Made by a program: the position numbers and the translations under genes
Assembly: GCA_002189035.1 (NCBI GenBank)
Contig: CM007990.1
Location: 3,472,001-3,536,000 of the forward strand
Length of the DNA: 64,000 nt
Source: Utricularia gibba
Taxonomy: Eukaryota > Plantae > Magnoliophyta
Direction of reading: 5' to 3'
The notes under the pieces: model-generated
The model's database searches: none
The model's input: only the letters and a program-made list of their open reading frames with translations
What the model was told of the DNA's origin: nothing
Part shown: positions 40,840 to 52,967 of the stretch, piece by piece
How positions within the stretch are numbered: the first letter of the stretch is position 1
Layout: every line of letters begins with the position of its first letter

Positions 40840-42650
40840 CTACTCTTCTTCACCCTCTTTGTGTTTCTTCTTCTTCTTCTTCTCTTTTTTCTCACTCTTG
40901 TCTGTAACAGCCGCTTCTTCATCTTTGCTCTTTTTGTCCTTCTTCTCCTCCTGATCAGCTTCTTCTACACCCTCTTTCTTCTTTTTCTTCTTCTTTTTGT
41001 CATCCTTTTCTGATTTCTCCTCCTCGACTGCTACAGCTTCATCTTCACCCTCTTTCTTCTTTTTCTTCTTTTTTTCCTCCTTTTCTGATTTCTCCTTCTC
41101 AACTGCTACAGCTTCATCTTCACCCTCTTTCTTCTTTTTCTTCTTCTTCTTCTTCTCTTTCCATCTGCTTCGGCTGACCGATCCACGTTGCCCTCCTTTG
41201 GAGTTTCTTCTGATCCTTGCACCTTCATCCGTTTAACGGCTTCCGCCTCCACTATAAGGCTGCCATCAACTGCATCCTGTTTGCGCTTGCGCCCGGGATC
41301 TCCATCTGCCTCCTGAGTTTTCTTTTTCTTTTCAACATCAACTTCAGCATTCTCTGTGCTCACATTATTAGGAAGTGCAGCGAGACTGGCGACTACAGTA
41401 TCACCTCCGGCAGGTAAAACGACGTTCCTAAGCCACTCGGCAGGCGTATTCCCATTTGGCTTACCATGCTTGTCCAGTTTTCCTTCGGAAATAAGCTTTT
41501 TCTTCATAGATGCTCTAGGGCCCAATCCCCATTTTCTAGGATACGTATCCCTGTCCATGACCACTCGCTTGATCTTTGCAACAGTTCCATGATCACAAGT
41601 GGCCATCACTGCAGTCGTCATTTCAGCAATGCCCAACGCAATGGCTTCCCCCTTCGTAGTCATCAAAACCACCTCCTCTCCTACCTCAATGTCATTCTCA
41701 AACCTCAACAAACCGGGAATCATCAGCTTTGCACCGTAGCAGATTGCATTGACAGCTGAGTCCTTCACCACCAGCCTTTTGTAACTCGTCAGCAGGACTT
41801 CCAGCGGCATAACCACCCGTCTCAAATAGCTCTCGTCTCTGGAATTGTCATACATCCACTGTGCATCCATGACATCATGCATTGTTACCATGTTGTCATT
41901 CTCCCCAAGAATTCCAGACCTCACTCTCCTCAACTCCTGCATATGCCCACCAACGCCTAACAGAAGGCCTAAATGGACACACAGTGTCCTAACATATGTG
42001 CCCGCCTCACACGAGATCCAGAAAACAACCAAGTGCCTATCAACGTCATACTCAAGCAGCTTGCTTTCGTAAATAGTCCTAATCCTAAGCTGTCGTTTGA
42101 CAGCAGATATCAATGGCGGACGCTGAAAAAGCGCACCTGTTAGGGTCTCGAGCGCCCTCCCAACCTTGGAAACCTCATCCACGCGGGAATGCAGTCGAGC
42201 AACACAAACGTACTCCTTCCCTGCTCCCTGCTGCGACTTCACCAAACGCGTAGCACGATCAATACAAACAATCAAGTTCCCCGTGACCTTAGGATCGAGA
42301 GTGCCTGAGTGACCCGTTTTTTCGACCCGAAAAATGCGCTTAATCCACGCTACGACTTCATGGGACGACGGGTTGGCGGGCTTATCGAGATTCAAAATCC
42401 CATACTTGATATATTCGAGCAGAGGCCGCTTCAGCGGAGAGCAACCAGAGGGAAGTGGCGTGTAATGTCCCGTTCGCACATTGAGCTTCTCGTAGTTCTT
42501 GAGCAAAATCGGCCACTGTGAGGAATCGATGGCTGGAGTGAAGCTCTGGGGCTTTATCATGAAATCAACGGCTCCGTTTTCATCTTCTTCTTTGGACTTG
42601 CTTTTCTTCTTCCTTGTGTTGTCGGGCTGGGGAAGCTCGATTCCAGCCAT
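40840..42650 (-). CDS. CBF5: H/ACA snoRNP pseudouridine synthase CBF5/NAP57/dyskerin; intronless, apparent 1-nt frameshift near 41160
   Basis: [14 protein letters not shown] catalytic motif and PUA domain. The ORF stops at 41106 but the K/E tail continues in another frame to TAG at 40840. The span is 1811 nt, one base short of 604 codons. Confidence 0.95.
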
Positions 42651-42684
42651 GGCGGCCAGCAGGAGCGAAAGGCAGAGGCTCGGC

Positions 42685-42756
42685 TAGGGTTCAGGGTTTT
42701 AAAAACGAGGAAAAGGTTAAAACCGACGACGCTTTCTGGGCCGTATAATCAGCCCA
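42685..42756 (-). promoter_or_regulatory. Telo-box-like and site II elements upstream of CBF5
   Basis: TAGGGTT 42685, CAGGGTTTT 42692, TGGGCC 42737, AGCCCA 42751; typical of ribosome-biogenesis promoters. Confidence 0.6.
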
Positions 42757-43395
42757 ATTCCAAACACAAATTTCTTTTGGGCAACAGAGCAGCATTCGTT
42801 ACCCATAACTATCAAACAATCAATTTGTTGCTTTACGCAATTTTGAATCGAAACCAGACTGCATCACTCATTAGCATTAGCTGATGATGATTCATACTTA
42901 GAATGACTTATTCTGATCCAAACATGAAAATTTTAATCAAATTCTTGAAGAAATATCAAGGAAATTTTGTAACCATAAGAATCGAGAATCTTGTAAAACA
43001 AGTTTTCATAGAGGATATATGCCATTTGTTTAGGCCTATTCTATAATTTAAACCGTACTTCAAATTTTGTAGAATAAAATCAGTTGAATATTTTATGAAT
43101 AAAATTAATTTAACATTGTAAAATTATTTAATAAGATAATATAAATTATATTATAAAAATTAATAAAATAAAATATATATGGTAAAAGTTAATATATTAT
43201 TATTTAATATATTTTTCTAATACATAAGAATTAAATATTATAATTTTTCTACTTAATCTTTTATTTAATTCCTAAAATTGATCAAAAAACTTAATTATTT
43301 ATGACATTAATTACAATTAAAGATTAAAATTTTCAATAATTAAATATAATCAATTTAAAAAATTATAAAAAAACACACCCTTTTACATTATCAAT

Positions 43396-46300
43396 GGAAG
43401 TGTTTTGCATGACTTTTATTAATATTGACTTTTAAGTTAATGAACTTATAAGTCACTTATAAGTATGTAATATTTGATTTGATATATGTATTAAAAACTT
43501 AAAAATTAAATTATTAGAATTTAAATATCTTAAGTTATTCTTTTGTTAAAGACTATTTTATCCCTAATTATTAACTAAGTGTAAATACGAATATTTTTGT
43601 TTAATAAGCATATATTAACATTTTTTGGTTATACATTTAAATATCAATTTTAACACACATTATTATCAATAAAAGTACTAGCCATTTGATATTATGGATA
43701 AACAAATTGCATCAAGAACCACATTCATATATCCATCTAGGACTTGATCATCAAAAGATTGTGACCCGGCTCAATTCGCCACCATTTCATGCTCAGGTGT
43801 CCACTAGGCTGATTCAAAATGGTTGAAATCATGATCATTTTGATCAATTTGTCGTATAAAATCACATATGGCCATTGTTGTTGGTACAAGTAAAACTTGA
43901 TCTTTTCAAGAAATTTCCCATGGGAGTTGTGTAATTGTGGAGAACTTTTCTTTCCAAACTCCAAAGCACCTTTCGATTACTGAACAGAGTGATGAGTGAT
44001 GAATGACGATGGTTAAAACACTCATTTGATGATCTCATATGAGGATTCATATGATATTCTTCTAAATGATAACGTTGGCCCCTGTATGGTATTTGGAAAA
44101 AAAATCTCATATGTGTACTCAGAATAAGGCAAGTAATACTTTCCTAGTGTAGGAAGTGGGAAAAAAAAATTCATTATTACCCTTCATCATCCTTAAAATC
44201 AAATCGTCATGTAGATATCATTCAAAATCAACTGCTACAAATGTAAATAGCATTGAAAAATCACATACAACTAAAATATTCTGGGTGGCATATCGATACC
44301 CATCAAAAAATGGATGTCGTTTATTTTTAAATATATTTGCATGGATATGAGTTCCATTACCCCTACAACATTCTACAATACAAGAACAAATTCATTTAGA
44401 AAATAGTACTAAAATTATTAAAAAAATATATTACAAATATAAATTACCTTAAAATAAGGATAAAACCTTCAATCATTTTGAATCTTATCTGTTATTAATG
44501 TCATGTCTGTGGCACATATCATCTCATTGGCCATCAAGTCACATGTATCAAGAACATTATGGAAATTCTTACTTATAGTATAGCCAGATCTTTGAAACCA
44601 TTCTTGAAGTTTTCGATTTCCATTTTTAAGTCCCATGACCATTAAAAACGTTGCAACTTCTTCTTCAACAATCACAGTTCGAGATGAAAGCATCCCATAC
44701 TTTTCATTAAGTATGACATACAAATAAAGAAAAGTATTTCATTCCATCCGAAGTAATTGATAAGAACGTACTCAATTACCATCTAAGATATTTCTTAGCC
44801 ATTCTGCTACTGACATTTCTCGATCTTGACAATGATTACGAGCAAAGAAGATGCTGTATAAATCGTTAGCTGTTTGAAGCAATCTTGGCAGTAGAGATTG
44901 CAGCTTCTTTTCAATGATGGAGAGTTCGTCATTAGAATCATCTTATCTTTCAAAACTACTGCTTCTAGACATAGATGAGCTTACACAGTAAGCTTTGAAT
45001 GTTGTATGAAGAAGATCTTTGCTGTGTTTATCATTTTATAAGTGGAGAATGACATGTCTATCATGTCAAAGTCATGTTTCATTATGTCAAAAAACATGTG
45101 TCATCTTTTCAAAAGCATGTCCCATTTTTTTAAAAGCATGTGCTATCTTCACACATGGAATATGCTTTTGTGATATTTTCTTATCTCAAAAGCATATGAT
45201 ATTTTCTTTATCTAATCTTCGATGGTTATTAATTGTTCTGAATTCTAACACTTGGCTTATAGTGATTGACCAAAAGAGAATATCAAAAGATTGCAAAAAT
45301 CCAAAAACAATTTAAATATGTTCATAAATAAAGAAAATACATCGCACTTAATTCACGTATCACATATCATATATTGCGATTTTTTATTAATCCAAGAAAA
45401 ATCATTCTTTCAACATCATTCTCCAACTCCATGAAAGTTTCACGATATGAAGCTTTTGTAAATGCTATGGAGGCTACAAGCTAAATTAGGATCTTATTTC
45501 ACTTTAAGAAGGTGTCTAACAACTTTCATGTAATTGAGATAGACCTATTAAGAGTAGTTGAGATAGATTAAAGAGTATCAACCATTTTGATCGCAGTGTC
45601 AAGCGTTACTCTCCTTTGTTTTTTGTGACTTATTGGAGGTAATGGTATGGGAACATCCAGCGAGATTTGGCATGGGCTTGGATTTATAGGGGTAGATATC
45701 ACATGATCTTCATGATCAACATCATTTGTTGTAATTGATAGGATTGGATTGTATAAACCTCCAAACATTTTATTTTCTTCTAGCTCTATGTCCACAAATT
45801 CTTCTGGGGAATATTTATCACTTGTACTCTTATATTGAGGTATATCACTCGTAATTGTATAATATGGTGCTCTTGGAGGAATTTTTCTAATCCCTGTACA
45901 CCAAGGTGAAGAAGCAGTTGCAATAATGAGAGAGAAAACAATTGCTTATTGGGACTTCCTTGAATTTTCGACATTCCACATGCACAAAAAAAAAATCATT
46001 GTACTAAATCACAATTACAATATAGCTCATATCATAATATTATAATTACTGAAAAAAATTAACATATCCTAATATTTGACATCCTATTCCACCAATAATT
46101 ATCATTCTCAATTGTTCTCAATGTTTCATTCCATCCTGCTCCAGATTCTTTTCGAAGAGTTGTCCATGTTTTCAAATCTTTCTTCATCATTCCAAATTTA
46201 TTTGTGATTTGCTTTTTAGTAAAATTATAACCAATATTCTATTTGAGTTCTTTAATTATAGCACGCCAACCTTAAGGATTGAAAATTGTACCTATCATAT

Positions 46301-46988
46301 TCCCAACATGTACTTGTTTCACAAAAGCATTAACAAGAGCTTCAAAATTAGTCGTATCTTTCCACAAATCATTTTCTTCAACTATTTGCCTACAATAAAA
46401 ATTATATTAGAGTCAATAAATTTTTTTAAGGTACTAATAATTGAAAGAAACCTGTCGGATTGCTATCTAAGTGAAATTAATTGGAAAAAAAATGTAAGCA
46501 TTGATTTTATTGAGAATAAAAAGGGAAACAAATACTAAAAACAAACAAACAAACAAACAAAATCATTTTCAAAATAATCATTAAAATCATAAAAACTACA
46601 AGACGAGCGTATATGTGAAGATTTACAGATTAAATATGGAGTTTTAACAGATAAATAACACAAGTAAACAAACTTACGTAGAATTGACTTTTGAAAAAAG
46701 GGAGATAATCGGCGGAGGAGAAAAGAAGATGGAAAACGAAACTCTAGCATAAATGTAAACAATTTTTTTTATTTAAATAGGTATAGTAAATATGGGTATT
46801 TTGGTAATTACAGTAATTCAGTTAATTTGAAAAAAAGAATAATTAGGTTTTTTTTTTAAAATTTAAATTATAAATAACTTAAAATAAATATTTTAAAATC
46901 TCTTATAAGTAGTATATAAAACATTCGCATCAATTATAAACAACTTATAATCACTTAAAATAACTTATAAGTAATACAAAATAGTCTC
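43396..46988 (-). mobile_element. Full-length but decayed PIF/Harbinger element (Myb ORF about 46400-45450, transposase about 44900-43690)
   Basis: Degenerate TIRs (GGAAGTGTTTTGCATGACTT versus revcomp GAGACTATTTTGTATTACTT), AAT on both flanks, and TTATAAG subterminal repeats. Motifs: VEEEVATFL..FQRSGYTISKNFH, TQNILVVCDFSMLFTF, PYRGQRYHL..FNHRHSSL, KESGAGWNETL. Confidence 0.75.
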
Positions 46989-47860
46989 AATGCTGATGCA
47001 TTGAATTTCATCATAATTCTAAGATGAATAACTCCTTTTATATTATATCTTCTTTTTATTTTTATTTTATGTAAGCCCTTGTAAATTGGCATTGTTTTTT
47101 ATCTTTATCCACAAAATAGGTATTATATAAAATAATAAATAATAATTGGTAAAAAATAATGATAAATGGAAAAAAGAACATAAAGTCATTCACATTATTT
47201 ACCAAAAAGTCTATGTGATGCATATATAACTGTCACACAATAAATTCTTTCTCATCTTTTATTTTTGTCCATCAATGCAAAAAACAAATTTGGGCAGGTA
47301 CTGACTTTCCATAAAAACGTTGCACCAAAACTATGGATAAAAAGGGCAACTAAATCATTTCTTAGAACAGATTTTCTCACTTTTGAGTGACAAAGGTAAA
47401 TTTTTGTCTCTTTATCTATAACTTATATTGATTTTCGTTGATGTATTATTTAAGTTTTTTACATTTATGATTTTTTTAAATAAAATATTGTTGTATGGTT
47501 ATGTACAAATGATTTTTGTTGATGATTTATTTAAGTTTTTTACATTTAGAGTTTTTTTTTTTTTACAATCATTTAATGTTGTAGATAAAAATGAAGGTGT
47601 TAACATATATTCATTTGTTTTTTGGTCAATTTATTTCATTTATTATTTTTACAACTTGTTCTTTACTTCATTTATGATTATATCATTCATTTAATGATTA
47701 TTTGGCTTCAATTATGAATAAAACTGAAGATGGATAAAAACTAAAATAGTTTATATTATTGTTTGGTGTTTGTTGAATTTACAATATTCATTTTATTCTT
47801 CATATACAAAATAAATTTGAATAAGTATAATTATTATGGGGAATGTATTGTTTGTATTAG

Positions 47861-49037
47861 TGATAAATGAAAAATTTATGTAAAATCGTTAATTTGCAAA
47901 TTTCTCCGATCAAATAAAATTTATAAACCTAATTCACATCAAATCATATGAAAAATACGAGTATAGTGGACTAGAGTCAAACACAAGGAGCTAGTTGATT
48001 ACTATGTGAAAGTCAATACAAGGAATTAGTGTCATGTTGGTAAAATTGGTTTTAACTAAGACTAAAGCAGAATTACAACGGAATACAGTAAAGAAAAGTA
48101 ATAAGTTTTGGAGTTTGTTTGTTTTTGAAATGAAATGGGTAATGCCTTGTGATTCTTAGGGGATGCATGCTTATCATTAAACAAGCTCACACAAACCATA
48201 AATCATACAACTAACAAACAAAAATCTAGGTCTACCCGGATTCTTGTTTTCCCCCTAATCTTTGGTCTACCTCTAATTAAAGTTGTTAAGTTGAGTTTCA
48301 CTACTTCTCCCTTCTGGATCTATCCTGGTTTGTTAAGGAAGTGGCGTGACTTATGACTGATTAAGTCTAAATATTGATTAGCATGTTTCTCCCTCTTTCA
48401 CCCCCAAGGTACCCCTAGGTACTTAGCCACTCATGTTTAAGATAAACGAAAATAGAAAAGAAATCATCATCCATAATGTACTCATTCCTCAGTCGACTAC
48501 CAAAAAATAAACAAGCAGGAAACTTAAAAGTTCAACAAAAAGCGGGAAATATCGCTAGTTATTCTTAGCTAAGAGTAATAATCTTCGAAAATAGAAAATG
48601 GTCTTCAAGCATCAGCTTCGCTCTTATTCGTCTTCCTCCTTCTTTCTCCCTAGAAAATCTCCATAAAGATGTCGTGAGTCTCCAATGAGAGAGAAATCTG
48701 CCTTCTCTCTCCATCTTATCCCCCTTTTTATCCAAAATCCTACTTTTTCATTCCTTGGATTTTGTGTATACTCCTTTTTAGACTTTTGGACTCATCTTCT
48801 ACTAGTACACTGTTTATATTCGGCTCATTGGGATTTGCGTTGCGACCTGTGTTGCATTGCTCGAAGGAAACTATTAGAAAGTTAGTATTAAATCTGCGAT
48901 TTAATCCCAACTAAGACTAAAATAACATAATCTCGACACTATGCACAAAAATATAGAACTAGACAATAAAACATGATTTTTGTAGTACAATATGAGTAAT
49001 TTCCATATACTCCATCATTCAAAAATATGTGTTATCA
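47861..49037 (-). mobile_element. Solo LTR B4
   Basis: TGATAAA...GTTATCA termini, 1177 bp, perfect TSD ATTAG; closest by eye to B6. Confidence 0.92.
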
Positions 49038-49479
49038 ATTAGTTGTGCAATTGTATCTGAAATTTCTATTATTCTTTTATTGAACTATATAACTATAGTT
49101 ATAATTATTTGATGAGAGTAGAATAAATTAATTCATTTTTTCACATTTAAACATTTTTTTTTAATTTTTTTACAACTTCTTTTCATATCTAGATAGCTTC
49201 TAGTAGTTTCTGTGTGGTTTAATATTTTCAGGAATGCAATAAAATTGAAATCCAATACAAGATATTCCAACAATATGTTGATATGAATTATGTGCATGAA
49301 TTGAAAAATTATTAGATATAGATATGTCTCAAATGAATGACTTTCAAAAGATGATATGTACCGAACTCAAGATTTCTTATTTTTCACTTAGTTGATGATC
49401 TAGATATTAATGAATTAGAGTTGTCTTTTGTGTGTTTGAAATATATTCTTCTTTTGTAAAAGAAGAATATAAAAGCAAC

Positions 49480-50067
49480 TTGAAACACTTAGTTTCGGAC
49501 AATTTTGCCATTTCCTTTCTAGACTCAAAACTTTTGAGTTATTCCTTCCCTCAAGGCGGAAGAACATTTAGCTTTCATTTTCATTTCTATTTTCATGACT
49601 TTTTTGGACTAAAACCTTTTAGTTGCTGGGATAAGATAAAGTTTCCTTCTAAATCCTGAGCAATACACTCGATTCTTTGTTGAATTCATTTCGAATGCAT
49701 AATTCCACACATCTTATTGCAGTCTTTCTGTAATGACTTCTAGTCAAGGTCTATAACTAACAGGTCACTCCTCGTGGATTTTGGTGAAGATCTAGGTGAA
49801 GAGCACCAATTTCAACCCTAGCGGTTCAAAGGAAGGAGACGAAATCTCATTCCCAGGAATTGCGTTCCGTAGTCAAGGCCCATAACTTAAGTTGTAACTT
49901 TTATTTCTACGTTTCACAAATCCCCTTTTACAAAATCATGACATTTTAGAAGTTTATTACAAAAAACTTTTCACGAAAAATATCTCCCTAAAATCGATAC
50001 TCGTACTACGTTTTTTGTGTTTTACGTTTTAAATATTTAAAATTTGTTAAGAAAACGGCACGCAACA
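49480..50067 (+). mobile_element. Truncated family-A LTR (U5-side half)
   Basis: Reverse complement of about 1384-2240 with internal deletion; ends CGCAACA; no PBS follows. Confidence 0.75.
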
Positions 50068-51149
50068 AAGAATAATATAGTGATTAGCATGCAAAAAATA
50101 AACATTTTTAAATTATACTTTTAAATTATGAAAAATAACATAATTGAAAGAGCTTCATATATTATACATCAAAGATCATTGTATATAATATTTACACTCT
50201 ACAATAGAAATTTTAGAAATCACAAATTTTAATGATAATTCAAAGAATGATATTCATCTTTATCAGATCATTTCAGTCCTACAAATGTTCCCAATGTATC
50301 CTTTTTTGGGTAATAATATCTTTGTTAATGTTTGTAATGTAGTTATTGATTTCATGCTTAATGATGAGTGTGGGAAGACTCAAAGAAATAGATTAAAGTA
50401 TGACTATATTTGAATCTATAGATATAATGTATGATTATTAAATATAAAGAACACGATATTCAATATGATCCTAGAAACTATGATCAGGTGATTGCTATAC
50501 ATGATCCATCTAATATTTTATGACAAAATTTCAAACATTCGAAGCACATTTGGCAAGACCCATGAGATCTAAAAAAACAAAATTACATCAATCAAATCAG
50601 ATTTGATTTGATTGAACACATTTGGACTACATTTAACAGATATTTTATTATAACTCTTAATTAATTTGCTATTCTAGTGCTTATGTTTCTAATTTAGTAT
50701 TATGTTTATGTATAATTTTACTTTATCAAACATGTACTTTTTATATTAACCAAATATCAATTTTAATTATAATTAAAAATAATATGAATTACATAAAAAT
50801 AATTTTAAATACAAGTTTTTGACCAAAAATGTAGAAAAAATCGAAAAGTTAGATTCCAAATAAATCTTTGATGAGATGAAATAAAAAATGATGACGTAGA
50901 TCAAAGAAAAAAAATAATAGAAGTGGCGGTAAGGAATGCGAATGCCCTAAGAGCGGATTGATTTGATAATTCATGGGCAGTTTACGGAAAACAATTTTGT
51001 TGTGAGATTGGATTGGATGCATTTCATTGTAAGCAATAGAGAAAAGAAAGCATGTGGCACAATATATATATGAGTAGAATGTGACCTGCCGACGTAAGAA
51101 ACAGCAAGCACAATGGCAAGGACCAAGCACTGCCGATTATACCGTCTGA

Positions 51150-52507
51150 TCATCTCCTCACCGGCGGAACAACACCCCGACCGGGCGGAGCACCCCGACC
51201 AGCAGCTTGTGCCTGTCCAAAATTACACCCAACCTCAGGCAACCATTTTCAACTGAGTCAAGGTGCATATGCAAACATACCCTGGCCCGCATGGCAGCGG
51301 CACGGCCACGTCCAACCCCAGCCGTGGAGCTTTTACCCTACGAGCATTGGATCATATCATAATGAGGTCTTGAAAGTGGGAAGCAGCTTCGATGTAAGAT
51401 ACCTTAATCCTAGCTTCCAGTCGCTTGAACATCGGAGCATTCTTGAGCATATCGGGAATTACCATAAACCTGAACAATAGGAATTGCAGAAACGGCTGGA
51501 GAGAAAGAAAAAGGAAGCAGGCGTGCGCACCTCACTTTGCTGCCTCTAATGAAAACATGTTCGAGTTGTGAGACCTTTCCATCCTGTAATGTAGTAGCAG
51601 GAGTAAATATACAAGAGTTAAACTGACAAAGACAACAACTGCAGATATAATTAGTTGATTCCTGAAAAGTAGTTTCACAGACTTGAATCCTAATGTTCTG
51701 TTGTAACTCATCGGCAAAACAAATGATTGTAAAAACTGGTTCCATCAAGTAGACAACCCTAATTTGAATAAAAATGGGACAACACTGCAACATATTCTAA
51801 ACTATGAATCTTGGCGTGCAAAATGTCAAAGTCTGAAAATTCTGGTACAATTAAATAATTCCTCAAAGCACTTAAAACGTCAATCTTGTAGAGCAGCTCA
51901 TGTTCCATGGGCTAAAACATTGAGGAGATCTCAACGAAACAGCATTTCGTCATCAAAATCCATGAAGAAAAAGGGTTTGATGAAACACAGCATATCAAGA
52001 ACTAATTTCAATCTGTAAATTGGGATTCTTTCGTTCGAATTTTCCACATAACAATGTGTTATCTACCTCCCAGTCTAGGATTTGATTTTTCATAGAATTT
52101 CCTTGAAAAAGTAGAAACCGAAACACACACAATTCCAATTCCATATTTCCTCATTAAAATAAATCTTCATCCCTCAAAAGGAGTTAGACTTCAAATAGCA
52201 ACCCTGGGTAAGGAGTGCAGGAAAACAAACATTCTAATACAGAGCTCAATATAATCTACGTCACCCCCCAAAAATGTATAGAAATAAGAGAGCCCCATTC
52301 CGATCCCGGAAAAGAAAAAGACGCTGGGAATCGAGAAGGCGAAACTACCTTGGCAGTGTAGGTGATGTTTTCCAGTTGGCAATTCCAGTTATCCTCGCAC
52401 TCAACCATGCTTCCCCGGTAAAGCTCTCCACTCTTTAGCTCCACAGTTACGATATGCCCCGACGCCTCGTGAAGGAGCTTCACCGGAATTCCAAGACTCC
52501 GACTCAT
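51150..52507 (-). CDS. SMD3: Small nuclear ribonucleoprotein SmD3, 5 exons, 132 aa
   Basis: Exons 52507-52349, 51583-51531, 51469-51403, 51337-51281, 51212-51150. [34 protein letters not shown], with an RG-rich tail. Confidence 0.96.
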
Positions 52508-52967
52508 CTTCTCGTCCAAGGCACGCTTGCAAGTGACAGTTTGAAGCTAGGGCACGCCGCTCATGGCTTGGGTTCGAATAGCAGTTTCAGTTCACTAAAT
52601 CAGTCCCTGCATTTCTTTGAATTAAAAATACGTCCATCAAATCCCAATATTTGCGACAAACTTCTAATTTAATTCGAGTAGCTCTTTTTCTTTAAAACTC
52701 CCATCAGCGAATGAAATCACCAACCTAACGCTATTACTCTCATTACCATCCGTCAGGCACCATTCCAAAATTGAACAACTCCAAAGTTCTATAGTTGTAA
52801 CATAATAACAAAATGCCGGTGCACCTGCCATAACGGTTGGTTCGAACCGGGTCCAGGGATGAATGAAATGGCCCACTGGTATCAACAAACACTGCTAGAA
52901 ATACATGTAATTCTGATGTACTGGTCTTAATTCTTATCTAGTAAAATCCACCGCCTGCTTCCTTTTT

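Noticed and set aside
40617-41236. Poly-Phe, poly-Leu and poly-Arg ORFs around the CBF5 3' end
   Set aside because: These are alternative-frame and antisense readings of the AAG/GAG-rich dyskerin tail.
42881-42916. C/D box snoRNA (TGATGA...CTGA) upstream of CBF5
   Set aside because: Only about 35 nt long, with no terminal stem or recognisable guide.
38567-50067. Two inverted family-A half-LTRs as breakpoints of an inversion spanning CBF5
   Set aside because: The halves overlap by about 100 bp of consensus and their outer flanks (GAGGT versus revcomp ATCTT) do not form a TSD, so they are more likely two independent truncated copies.
51410-51793. 127-aa ORF as a separate gene
   Set aside because: It is SmD3 exon 2 read through flanking introns.
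52811-52860. tRNA-like B-box GGTTCGAACC
   Set aside because: No A-box at the proper distance and no cloverleaf stems; it lies in the probable LPAT2 3'UTR.
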